NCBI RefSeq assembly: GCF_003352465.1
Contig: NZ_CP031153.1
Location: 546,465-610,464, forward strand
From: Kordia sp. SMS9
Lineage (GTDB): Bacteria > Bacteroidota > Bacteroidia > Flavobacteriales > Flavobacteriaceae
DNA: 64,000 bases
Direction of reading: 5' to 3'
A model generated the notes under the pieces. That model saw only the letters and a list, made by a program, of their open reading frames with translations, was not told the origin of the DNA and searched no databases. Positions 11,024 to 21,662 of this stretch are shown here, piece by piece (the first letter of the stretch is position 1; the number at the start of each line of letters is the position of its first letter). The translations under genes were made by a program, and so were the position numbers.

Positions 11024-11245
11024 ATGAAAAAAAAGAAATTACAAAGTTTACAACTCAACAAAAAAGTAGTTTCCAGCTTACATGCTGAAAAAACGCAAGG
11101 AGGCGCTGCTGCCGGAACCTTATTTGGCGGGCCATGTCCTGGATCGGTTGGTGGTCCCTGTACTTCTATTCAAATACCGTGTACGTATGAAACTGATTGT
11201 TTAATAACGTTACAACAAAAAGAATGCATTGAACAAAAATCTTAA
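11024..11245 (+). CDS. Bacteroidetes-type double-glycine leader peptide with Cys-rich core (bacteriocin/RiPP precursor-like)
   Basis: Leader MKKKKLQSLQLNKKVVSSLHAEKTQGG matches the Bacteroidetes GG-leader pattern (Lys-rich start, LxL..K..IS.L, ending GG). The core has 6 Cys plus Thr/Ser (GPCPGSVGGPCTSIQIPCTYETDCLITLQQKECIEQKS). Confidence 0.6.
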   Translation: MKKKKLQSLQLNKKVVSSLHAEKTQGGAAAGTLFGGPCPGSVGGPCTSIQIPCTYETDCLITLQQKECIEQKS

Positions 11246-11254
11246 TTTAAAATG

Positions 11255-13531
11255 CTATTCATGTTCAGGCAATTGTTCTTGAATTTGATACGTACTAAAG
11301 TTTAAAAAATTACCTGGATGCGCCAGTACATTTTGTAAGATGAATGGCGTATCTGGTGTAGTTCCTGTGTATTGAACGTTTCCATCCATATTGATATCAT
11401 GAATATTATAACCCGAAATAGTAAACGTCGGAAAGTTTAAAAAGTTTCCAGGATCATTGAGCACTTCACTTAAAATGGCAGGTGCATCAGGATTTGTTCC
11501 TGTGTATTGAATAACGTCATTTGTGCTTACATTTCCTGCCCACATGGCAAAACGCCCCGAAGAAATTCCAAATTGCGTTTGCGGGTTGCTTCCGTAGCTT
11601 ATCAAATTAGAATCTTGTGAAAAGTTAATGGAAACCACACTTTCCGATAATTGTGTTGCGCCAATTGTCATAATTCCTAAATGATTTCTATGTCTAATTG
11701 CTACGTAATAATCTGCTGGTGGCACATTGAGTTTCACTGCGGTAGAAACACCATCTATATCTACCACATCGCCGTCGCGTTGAAGCAATGCAGAACGTGC
11801 ATATTTAACTTGCGCAGCATCGTTTGGATCGCGTAATTCTAGGTAGATCCAATCGACAATATCATTGTTTTCTGCACCCAAATTGGCGTCAAACACACTT
11901 GCTTCACAGGTAATTGCATCTTGATATGGAGAAGTGGTTGGCAAGAGATTATTTTGGCGTAAATCGTCTCGCATCAACGCTTCTTGTCCTACATACGGAT
12001 TGATTCCTGCACCTTGCAAGTATACAATTGGAGAAACCGTGGCAGTTTTTATAGAAAAATCTGTGACAACAGGAAAATGATCCGAAGCCGTTTCAGTATC
12101 ATTTTGTTGTAAATTATAGCTTGTCAAGCGCGTAGTTGACATCAATTCGGTTTGTAATACGAACGACTTTTCTGCTTCCAACGTAAAATCTGAAAACAAC
12201 ATAAAATCTAGCTTTCCCGGAGGAAATGCTTGCGAATCGGATCGCCATGTGTAATTCATGCGCACATCTGCTTGTAGCGTATTTTCTTCTTTGACTTCCG
12301 TATCATCCCAATCTAAAAAACCGCCTTGTCCGTAGGTTGCCGTATCTTGAATGTCGCCTGTTTTTAAGGTTTCTAACTGTTGTGCCAAACCTACCAAATT
12401 CAAATCGCCGCCATATACAAAAGGTGTATTCTCTGGAAGATCAATCAATCCGCCAGCAGTTTTCGCATCCAAAATAAATGCGGCATATTGATCTACTTGA
12501 TCTTGTCGTGAGGTATCAGCGCCGCAACAACTTAAATGTGCATTCGTGAATAATAAATCTGTATGATAGATAGCATCTGGTAAATCAATCAATACAGGAA
12601 ATTGGCGTGTTAAATGATCCCATTGTTGGGTAATTTCCCAACGTGAAACCGTGACTTCGCCTCCATGCTGCGCCACATACCAACCATGAGCTGTTCCCAA
12701 AGGCAACCACGTATCAAACAATCCTTTTACATAGGCTTCCGAAGTATTGTAACTTTCTACAAAACCCACAATATCAGGATGGAGCGATTTGATAATGCGC
12801 TCAAATTCATTCAAACGATTGGGTTCTAGCAATCCATTGAATAGCGTATTATACGCTACAATTCTAATGTGTTCGGTAGAATCTTTATTTATGTCAATTG
12901 GTGTGTATGCTGGCACAGGCGTTTCATCAAAAGTATAACTAAACACATTCCCAATATTTGGAATGCGATCAAAATTAGCATCGTTTTTGACGAGTATTTT
13001 TATGGTAGATGATGGAAATAATGCATTGATGCCATCGGGCAATACATGACGTCCAATCGCAATTTCAAACTCGTCCGAACTTACCGTGGGCGCTACTCTC
13101 ACTTTTAAATCTGACATGCTTACTTGCGAATACGGCGTTACGTTGTAATGTGCAAATAATCGTGTAAAAAGCAATCCCAATTCCGAACCATAATCTTGCT
13201 GAATGTCAAATCCTGTATTCGTATTATTATCTGCATCAATAAAAAGTCCTATTTCTTGTATAATGGTATTGTCATCTGTTAAATCAAATTCTTGATCTGC
13301 TTTGATGCGAATGAACAAAAATTCATCATCATTCGTCACTTGAATTTCTAACAAATCAACACCTGAAATACTTTCATTCGTGTCAACATACGTAGTTAAT
13401 CCGGAATGCCAATCCTCAAAAACACCATCAATGGTAATGGCAGCAGATTGTGAACAAACAAATTGAAGATTCAGCAAAAGAAAAATAAAAAAGTAGTTAA
13501 ATTTCATAAAAAGTGTATCATTTGTAACCAC
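11255..13531 (-). CDS. Secreted endonuclease/exonuclease/phosphatase (EEP) family protein with C-terminal dockerin/Ca-binding-like repeats
   Basis: Signal peptide MKFNYFFIFLLLNLQFVCS (likely true start at the second Met, ~13507). C-terminal EEP motif SDHFPV. Duplicated D-x-N-x-DG-N-V-QYTGT..PD.P.IL repeats at the C-terminus. Confidence 0.8.
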   Translation of the reverse strand: MVTNDTLFMKFNYFFIFLLLNLQFVCSQSAAITIDGVFEDWHSGLTTYVDTNESISGVDLLEIQVTNDDEFLFIRIKADQEFDLTDDNTIIQEIGLFIDADNNTNTGFDIQQDYGSELGLLFTRLFAHYNVTPYSQVSMSDLKVRVAPTVSSDEFEIAIGRHVLPDGINALFPSSTIKILVKNDANFDRIPNIGNVFSYTFDETPVPAYTPIDINKDSTEHIRIVAYNTLFNGLLEPNRLNEFERIIKSLHPDIVGFVESYNTSEAYVKGLFDTWLPLGTAHGWYVAQHGGEVTVSRWEITQQWDHLTRQFPVLIDLPDAIYHTDLLFTNAHLSCCGADTSRQDQVDQYAAFILDAKTAGGLIDLPENTPFVYGGDLNLVGLAQQLETLKTGDIQDTATYGQGGFLDWDDTEVKEENTLQADVRMNYTWRSDSQAFPPGKLDFMLFSDFTLEAEKSFVLQTELMSTTRLTSYNLQQNDTETASDHFPVVTDFSIKTATVSPIVYLQGAGINPYVGQEALMRDDLRQNNLLPTTSPYQDAITCEASVFDANLGAENNDIVDWIYLELRDPNDAAQVKYARSALLQRDGDVVDIDGVSTAVKLNVPPADYYVAIRHRNHLGIMTIGATQLSESVVSINFSQDSNLISYGSNPQTQFGISSGRFAMWAGNVSTNDVIQYTGTNPDAPAILSEVLNDPGNFLNFPTFTISGYNIHDINMDGNVQYTGTTPDTPFILQNVLAHPGNFLNFSTYQIQEQLPEHE

Positions 13532-13544
13532 GCAAAGATAAAAT

Positions 13545-14558
13545 TTACTCCGAATATTGACTTGCAGCGGCAGCTAATTTTTTGCGAATACGTTTGCGCA
13601 ACAATCGCGGTTCTAATACTTCAATTGTTTCGCCAAAACCAAGAATCAAGCGTTCCAACTCGAAATTGATGTGTACTTGTAATTGTACCGTAATGCTTCC
13701 ATTTTTATGGACTGAAATAATTTCTTGTGTATGATGAAGCGGTTTTGTGGTGACATACGGCGCGTTGCTTCGATCTATTCTAAGCACAATGCGTTGAATG
13801 TGTTTTTGATCTAAAACCGTCACACCAATTGTGTTTTTATAATACGTATCTCCATCAAATTGTTCGTTGCGGTAAGGAATGTCCAAATCATAATCTACAT
13901 GAATAATTCGGTCCAAAGCCAAGGTCATAATTTTAGGTTTATTCCCAGAAACGCCTACCAAAAACCAGCGATTGTTGAATTCTTTCAAAATAAACGGATG
14001 AAAAATAACTTCGGAAGCTTGGCGCGCTTTAAACGATCTGTACGTCAATCGCAACACGATTTTCTTTAAAATAGCTTGATACAACACATCGAGATGTTGC
14101 AAACCTTTCAAACCTTCATTTTTGTCTAAATGTATAATTGCCGACTGATGTGTTTTTTCGCTATATACCTTATCTTCCAAACGTTGAATGATGCCGCCTA
14201 ATTCTGAAAACAACGAAAAATCTTTAAACTGTTTCAACATTTCTACCGTTTCCGAAAGTACGTTCATGTCATTCTCGGTCAACGGAATATCCGTGATGGA
14301 ATACTCTTCTTCTTCATATTTGTAAAACTTACGATCGTACACTACAATTGGCGCATTATAGCCCAATTTGTCACTGCGCATCATTTGAATATCGAGTTGA
14401 ACCGTTCTGCGACTCACATTTACTTCACGACCTTCATATTCGTGCAACGCGTCTGAACAGGCTTCAATCAAATCGTTCAACGTCCATTGACGATAATGGT
14501 TTTGCAAACATTTATCAATGGTTTTATACCGAATTAGTGCGTTTTTATTAATTGCCAT
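13545..14558 (-). CDS. HTH + WYL-domain transcriptional regulator (YafY/PafBC-like)
   Basis: N-terminal HTH (INKNALIRYKTIDKCLQ...) and a central WYL-type region (...RWFLVGVSGNKPKIMTLALDRI). Divergent from the exonuclease/RtcB genes. Confidence 0.7.
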   Translation of the reverse strand: MAINKNALIRYKTIDKCLQNHYRQWTLNDLIEACSDALHEYEGREVNVSRRTVQLDIQMMRSDKLGYNAPIVVYDRKFYKYEEEEYSITDIPLTENDMNVLSETVEMLKQFKDFSLFSELGGIIQRLEDKVYSEKTHQSAIIHLDKNEGLKGLQHLDVLYQAILKKIVLRLTYRSFKARQASEVIFHPFILKEFNNRWFLVGVSGNKPKIMTLALDRIIHVDYDLDIPYRNEQFDGDTYYKNTIGVTVLDQKHIQRIVLRIDRSNAPYVTTKPLHHTQEIISVHKNGSITVQLQVHINFELERLILGFGETIEVLEPRLLRKRIRKKLAAAASQYSE

Positions 14559-14594
14559 TTTCTTGTATTTGGTGTGAAAATAACAAAAAAATCG

Positions 14595-14620
14595 CTACTG
14601 CGTAAAAAGATTGCGTAGTT
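14595..14620. promoter_or_regulatory. Operator-like motif copy 1 (ctactgcgtaaaaagattgcgtagtt)
   Basis: One of four near-identical ~25-nt motifs (consensus ACTACGYAAAAAKAWTGCGCASTT) in intergenic regions of the RNA-repair island; this copy lies between the WYL regulator and the exonuclease. Confidence 0.5.
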
Positions 14621-14708
14621 AAATAACATTCTTTGCACAAGTTCTTTTACATACATGTGCGTCGGCTTCATCTGTCAAACAAAAACAAATATTAAATTTA
14701 ATTAAAAG

Positions 14709-15260
14709 ATGAAAACAACAAACAAAATCCTAGTAGTAGACTTAGAAGCTACGTGCTGGGAACAAGATGGCGAATACCAACGAGCTCACAGTGAGATTAT
14801 TGAAATTGGTGTTTGCGAATTGGATACCCTTACGGGAGAAATATCCAAGCAACAAGGAATTCTCGTAATTCCTGAACATTCCGAAATCAGTCGATTTTGC
14901 ACAGAACTCACCTCAATTACACCCGAAATGGTAGCGCAAGATGGCGTTCCGTTTGAAGATGCAATTGAGATACTTTTTAACGAGTATGATGCGTCTGCAT
15001 ACACCTGGGCAAGTTACGGCGCGTACGATCGCAACAAAATGATCGAAACATGCAGACAAAAAAATGTCGATTTCCCATTCGGATATCAACACATAAACGT
15101 GAAAGAAGAGTTCAGACGTTGCAACCGAATGCGACGCGGCATCGGAATGGCACGCGCATTAAAACAACTTCGGATTCCTTTAGAAGGAAAACATCACCGA
15201 GGCGTTGATGATGCCAACAACACCGCAAAAATCTTACATTGGTGTTTAAATAATCCGTAA
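14709..15260 (+). CDS. DEDDh-family 3'-5' exonuclease (ERI-1/KapD-like)
   Basis: Exo I motif VVDLEAT, Exo II YGAYD, Exo III HHRGVDDANNTAKI (H-x4-D). Confidence 0.7.
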   Translation: MKTTNKILVVDLEATCWEQDGEYQRAHSEIIEIGVCELDTLTGEISKQQGILVIPEHSEISRFCTELTSITPEMVAQDGVPFEDAIEILFNEYDASAYTWASYGAYDRNKMIETCRQKNVDFPFGYQHINVKEEFRRCNRMRRGIGMARALKQLRIPLEGKHHRGVDDANNTAKILHWCLNNP

Positions 15261-15315
15261 GATGACCTTATAAATTTTTAAATTTTGATTAGCCTGGTGG
15301 CTAATTTTTTTTGCT

Positions 15316-15340
15316 TAAAAAACTTTACTACGTAAAAAGA
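15316..15340. promoter_or_regulatory. Operator-like motif copy 2 (tactacgtaaaaagattgcgcagtt)
   Basis: Second copy of the same motif, upstream of 15453. Confidence 0.5.
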
Positions 15341-15452
15341 TTGCGCAGTTTTTTACTTCTTTTGCCAAAGTTCATTGAAACACTTTTGAAATCAGTTTCC
15401 AAAAGATATGTGTGCCAATCATGACACATATAACTTTTAAAAAACAAACATT

Positions 15453-15749
15453 ATGAATTGGAAAATTCAAAAACTACTTGATGGTGAGACCATCATTTCA
15501 AAAGAACCTGGTAATTCTATGTTGCCACTTTTAAAATCGAAGCAACCTGTAAAGTTGCAGCCTATTTCTTGGGAAGATTGCGAAGTGGGTGATATTGTCT
15601 TTTGTAAAGTTCGCGGAAATGTATTTACACATTTAGTGAAAGGAAAAAACGAACGGCGCGGATTGTTAATTGGAAACAATCATGGCAGAATTAACGGATG
15701 GACAAAAAATGTATATGGTAAAGTAATAGAAATATTACCGATGTCATAG
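15453..15749 (+). CDS. Small S24/S26-like serine peptidase domain protein (LexA/UmuD-like catalytic domain without HTH)
   Basis: GNSMLP motif, which resembles the GDSM catalytic-Ser box of LexA/UmuD and signal peptidase I, with downstream Lys residues; 98 aa. Confidence 0.4.
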   Translation: MNWKIQKLLDGETIISKEPGNSMLPLLKSKQPVKLQPISWEDCEVGDIVFCKVRGNVFTHLVKGKNERRGLLIGNNHGRINGWTKNVYGKVIEILPMS

Positions 15750-15947
15750 ACATTCTTCACGTATTCAAATTAACAATCGTAATATTTTGGGCGTTCCCGC
15801 TAAGCGGTCGGGCTTTCCGTAGTCGCTTTTTTGTGTTGTCATTACAACTCAAAAAGAGCTCCAACAAAACGTCAATCCCTAACGCAAACTACCATTTAAA
15901 ATTCAAACTACATTGCCACAAAATAAAAACCTAAAAACACTACGCAA

Positions 15948-15972
15948 AATAATTGCGCACTTCCAATCAATA
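15948..15972. promoter_or_regulatory. Operator-like motif copy 3 (cactacgcaaaataattgcgcactt)
   Basis: Third copy, ~190 nt upstream of rtcB. Confidence 0.5.
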
Positions 15973-16153
15973 TTTGTTTCGGAATTATAAATAAGGTCAT
16001 TTCTATATGACAAAGTAACAACGCTCCGCTACATATTGAAAGTAGCGGAGTTTACAAAAAAAGTATCATGAAATGAGGCATAACGAGTAGTTGACACCTA
16101 CCAAATGACGATGGCGAATTCCATCTGACAAATTAAAAACAATAAAATAGTAA

Positions 16154-17542
<1,389 letters not shown>

Positions 17543-17586
17543 CCTACATTGTCAAAAACTATCTTAAAAATGCACGGAATAAAAAA

Positions 17587-18054
17587 ATGAAAACAATTAG
17601 TAAATTCGTAAAGTTTTTGGGCATAGTTTTTGGCTTTTTAGGCTTCTTATTGGTCCTTTTACTAGTATCTCCTTGGATCTATGTAAAAAACCGAATTTGG
17701 GGACGAAAACTTCGAAAAAAAATAAAAGCTCAATTAAAAAAATACGATGGGAAAATAATATTTCTATATGGAGAATATCACACCTTTGACTTTGAATGGT
17801 ATTTTCAAAAATTTCATCCAGATATCACTTGTTTGCAAGTTCCTAATCATCCTCCAATGGATCCGTTTATTCTGTATTTAAGTGCTAGAAACCCACCTAA
17901 AAGCTTACCACAATTGGTAAAGGTTACAGACGGACACACCTTTAAAAAAACACACTATTCGTCATTCAAATATTACATACGAAAACAGAAAGATGTCATC
18001 CGTTTTTTTGAACTCATGGAGCGATCTATTAAAAATTTACAAGAAATCGAGTGA
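17587..18054 (+). CDS. Hypothetical membrane-anchored protein
   Basis: ORF track; N-terminal TM (FLGIVFGFLGFLLVLLLV); no recognisable catalytic motif. Confidence 0.45.
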   Translation: MKTISKFVKFLGIVFGFLGFLLVLLLVSPWIYVKNRIWGRKLRKKIKAQLKKYDGKIIFLYGEYHTFDFEWYFQKFHPDITCLQVPNHPPMDPFILYLSARNPPKSLPQLVKVTDGHTFKKTHYSSFKYYIRKQKDVIRFFELMERSIKNLQEIE

Positions 18055-18068
18055 AAAATTAAATCACC

Positions 18069-18782
18069 ATGACCAAAAGAAGCAGAGGAAAAGAAGGAAG
18101 TGACGACCGTTTATTTGGCGATCCAAAAATGCAGTCAAAAATGCGAGAAGCCATCAAAGACTTGTCGTATTTATTGAGCAGAGGATTCTCTGAAAAATCG
18201 TCATTGGCATTGGTTGGAAATCGATATAAGCTCAACAATCGCCAACAACGTGCCGTTCAAGGAATGAGTGAAGCAAGTCACAAACTCGAAAAACGTGCAG
18301 CGAACTGTTTATTGCCAAATCAATTAGCAGAAAAGGAAGTCTATATAGACGGTTTTAATGTATTAATCCTATTAGAAAGTGCGTTGTCGGGCGCGTATCT
18401 CTTCAAAGGTTTAGATGGTTGCTATCGTGATATATCAAGCGTGCATGGAACGTATAAAAAAGTAAAACAAACGCCAGAAGCCATTCAACTCATTGCAAAC
18501 TTTCTACAAGAAAACAAGGTCAAAAAAGCTACTTGGATCTTTGACAAACCTGTTTCCAATAGTGGACGACTAAAAACAATGCTACGAGAATTCGCAGACG
18601 AGCATCAACTCCATTGGGAAATCATTTTAGACAATAATCCTGACAAATTTATCGCAGAAAGTAATCAAATCGCCATCAGTTCGGATGCTTGGATTTTAGA
18701 CAATGCAACAACTTGGTGCAATATGGTACGACAGATTGTAGACGAACACATTCCACAGAAAAATGTAGTGGAATCTGAATAA
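18069..18782 (+). CDS. Hypothetical protein (operon partner of RtcB island)
   Basis: ORF track; 237 aa; no motif I can assign with certainty. Confidence 0.45.
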   Translation: MTKRSRGKEGSDDRLFGDPKMQSKMREAIKDLSYLLSRGFSEKSSLALVGNRYKLNNRQQRAVQGMSEASHKLEKRAANCLLPNQLAEKEVYIDGFNVLILLESALSGAYLFKGLDGCYRDISSVHGTYKKVKQTPEAIQLIANFLQENKVKKATWIFDKPVSNSGRLKTMLREFADEHQLHWEIILDNNPDKFIAESNQIAISSDAWILDNATTWCNMVRQIVDEHIPQKNVVESE

Positions 18783-18786
18783 AAAA

Positions 18787-18812
18787 TTACTACGCAAAAA
18801 TAATGCGCACTT
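18787..18812. promoter_or_regulatory. Operator-like motif copy 4 (ttactacgcaaaaataatgcgcactt)
   Basis: Fourth copy, upstream of the nucleotidyltransferase operon. Confidence 0.5.
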
Positions 18813-19154
18813 ACAAATCATCTTTGAACTCAGAAATACAAAACAACGAAACATATAAAATCATGCAAACTAAAAAAGGTACCGTGTATTAAGTTTTAAC
18901 AAATAACTTAATACAAAATGAAAACACGTGAGAACAAGAAATTTTACAATTTCAAGGAAGTTCACAAACGCAAAAAAAGAACACGAGCTGCAAAAATTCA
19001 CTGGAAAAGCAACACTTGGGAATACCGTCGCTTTTTGCGTCAACAATACCGAACAAAATGCAAAGTCATTCTCAGAAAACAGCTCGAAGGACACGAAATA
19101 GAATTCCCAAGATTCCGAAAAACACTTTGGTGGGAATGGTAAAAACATTTAAAA

Positions 19155-19900
19155 TGAAAACAAGAATACTAGAAAAATTAGCAGAAATAGAACGCGATAA
19201 AAATATCGAAATCTTATTCGCTGTCGAATCAGGAAGCAGAGCTTGGGGCTTTGCTTCTCCCGATTCCGATTATGACATTCGTTTTGTGTACAAACACAAA
19301 ACCGAATGGTATTTGAATCTTTGGGAACAAAAAGATACGATTCAATTCATGACGGAAGACGAATTAGACGGTTCTGGTTGGGACATTAAAAAAGCATTAA
19401 AACTGCTCTCAAAATCGAATGCGTCTTTATTGGGCTGGCTCTTCTCTCCTATTGTGTACAGAAGTTCGGGAACGTTCTTGGAAGAAATGAAAATGGTCGC
19501 TGAAAAGAATTTCAATCCTGTTGCAGGTTTCTTTCACTATCACAGCATGAACAAAAATTTTGAAGAAACGTTAGACACCAATGAAATGACTTTAAAAAGT
19601 TATTTCTATACCATACGAACTGCTTTGTGTGCCAATTGGGTTTACAAAAAGGAAACGGTTCCGCCAGTAAATTTTCGTGAATTATATCCGCTTTTAGATG
19701 AGGAATCTAGTGCTCTTTTGGATGAATTAATTCTGCTAAAAAGCAACGAAATTGAAAAAAGTAATGCGCCTGTGGAGGCTTCTTTAATAAATTTGGTAAA
19801 AAGGATTGTTGCAGAAAACAACGAGATCAAAAATGATCTTAAAAACGTGAAACCAAACCCTGAAGATTTTAATACGCTATTTATAAAAACAATACAATGA
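19155..19900 (+). CDS. Pol-beta superfamily nucleotidyltransferase (COG3541-like), paralog 1
   Basis: ESGSRAWGFASPDSDYDIRFVY matches the G[GS]x9-13 D-x-[DE] pol-beta NTase signature. The start is placed at the internal Met MKTRILEK (the ORF track begins at 19016). Its stop overlaps the next gene (ATGA). Confidence 0.6.
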
Positions 19901-20958
19901 CACTCTCAGAACTCAAGAAATCAGGACATATCATCTTTGAATGTATCAGTGGAAGTCGCGCGTACGGATTAGACACGCCAACTTCCGATACCGATATTCG
20001 TGGTGTTTTTGTATTGCCAAAATCCATGTATTATTCACTCGACTATATTGATCAAATTAATGATGAAACGAATGATACTGTATATTATGAATTGCAAAAA
20101 TTCATTTCATTATGCGCCAAAAATAATCCTAACATCTTAGAATTACTGAATGTTTCGGAAGATTGTATTTTATACAAAAATCCGTTGTTTGACAACATTA
20201 AATTAGATACATTTCTATCCAAACAATGCGAAAAATCGTTTGCAAACTATGCGTTTACTCAAATCAAAAAAGCACGTGGATTGGAAAAGAAAATAGTCAA
20301 TCCAATGGAAAAAGAACGCAAATCTGTGTTGGACTTTTGTTTTGTGTATGAAAATGACACTTCCATTCCTTTAAAGGATTTTTTGATTGATAAAAACATC
20401 CAACAAGAACACTGTGGTATTGCAAACATTCCGCATCTAAAAGATTGTCACAACCTATATCACAACGAAAATATTCCCTACAAAGGAATCATCAAAAGTG
20501 AACTTGCAAACGAATTGGCATTGAGTTCTATCCCAAAAGAAGAAACGACAATTGGAATGCTATTTCACAATAAAGACAGTTATTCTAGTTATTGCAAAAA
20601 GTACAAGGAATATTGGAATTGGGTCGAAAAACGAAATGATGAACGTTACAAAACAACGGTTTCTCATGGAAAAAATTACGATTCCAAAAACATGATGCAT
20701 ACGTTTCGTTTGTTGCGCATGGCAAAAGAAATTGCAACTGAAAAAACGATTCACGTAAAGCGCCCAGATCGTGAATTTTTATTAGATGTAAAACATGGAA
20801 AATATGAATATGATGAATTGGTGACTTGGGCAACAGAATTAAAAACAGAATTGGAAAGACTATATGCAAATTCAACATTGCCAAAACGTCCTGATATAGA
20901 AAAAATTAATAATTTACTCATTAACATTAGAACCGATTTTTACACTAAAAACCCGTGA
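19897..20958 (+). CDS. Pol-beta superfamily nucleotidyltransferase (COG3541-like), paralog 2
   Basis: ISGSRAYGLDTPTSDTDIRGVFV is the same NTase signature; it is translationally coupled to its neighbours. Confidence 0.6.
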   Translation: MTLSELKKSGHIIFECISGSRAYGLDTPTSDTDIRGVFVLPKSMYYSLDYIDQINDETNDTVYYELQKFISLCAKNNPNILELLNVSEDCILYKNPLFDNIKLDTFLSKQCEKSFANYAFTQIKKARGLEKKIVNPMEKERKSVLDFCFVYENDTSIPLKDFLIDKNIQQEHCGIANIPHLKDCHNLYHNENIPYKGIIKSELANELALSSIPKEETTIGMLFHNKDSYSSYCKKYKEYWNWVEKRNDERYKTTVSHGKNYDSKNMMHTFRLLRMAKEIATEKTIHVKRPDREFLLDVKHGKYEYDELVTWATELKTELERLYANSTLPKRPDIEKINNLLINIRTDFYTKNP

Positions 20959-21662
20959 ATGCTCTTCAAAACATAGCATATTCCTGTAAAAGCTTCCTTT
21001 CGGAGGAATGGAAAGCAACATATAGCGCGTTTTTACAAAACGAACACTTGTCTGTACTAGCGCGCAATACGTTTGCCTTGTATAAAAATGATGTTGAGAA
21101 ATTTCACGGGAAACCCAATTTTGAAGAAGAAATTATTCCAAATCTCACGGAAGCATTTGCAATCTTTAAAGAACAATTCAAAACTTTAAAAAAGTATAAC
21201 TTTGAAGATAATAAACTAACGCGTAAAGCGTTTGCCACTGCCGTAGAACGGACAAACTTTGAACACATTTTGATACTTTCCGGACAACGATTGACCTCAG
21301 CGAGTTTGCAAGACGAAAACGCAATTCCGCCATTGCAATACGCATTGATGAAACACAGTTTTGAAGCACACAACGATCAAATTTCAAAAGCAGTCCGCGC
21401 TTGGGAAAAACATGCGCAACGCTCTACGGAAAGTTTCTGGGGAACCGTCAAAGGAAGTGCCGAAGACAAAGAAAAATATGTACAAAAATTGATAACACAC
21501 ATCCTAAAACACAAAACCTGGTGGAATGTATTTACACATTACAAACACGAAGTTGTATATGAAGCTAGAATTGCAAGCGGACACGGAATTCGCTGGAAAA
21601 AAGCTACCTTAGAACTCATCGGATTTTTAGAACCTTTTGAAGATTTTGACAATGGAACATAA
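20955..21662 (+). CDS. Hypothetical protein
   Basis: ORF track; overlapping start/stop with neighbours suggests the same operon. Confidence 0.45.
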   Translation: MNALQNIAYSCKSFLSEEWKATYSAFLQNEHLSVLARNTFALYKNDVEKFHGKPNFEEEIIPNLTEAFAIFKEQFKTLKKYNFEDNKLTRKAFATAVERTNFEHILILSGQRLTSASLQDENAIPPLQYALMKHSFEAHNDQISKAVRAWEKHAQRSTESFWGTVKGSAEDKEKYVQKLITHILKHKTWWNVFTHYKHEVVYEARIASGHGIRWKKATLELIGFLEPFEDFDNGT

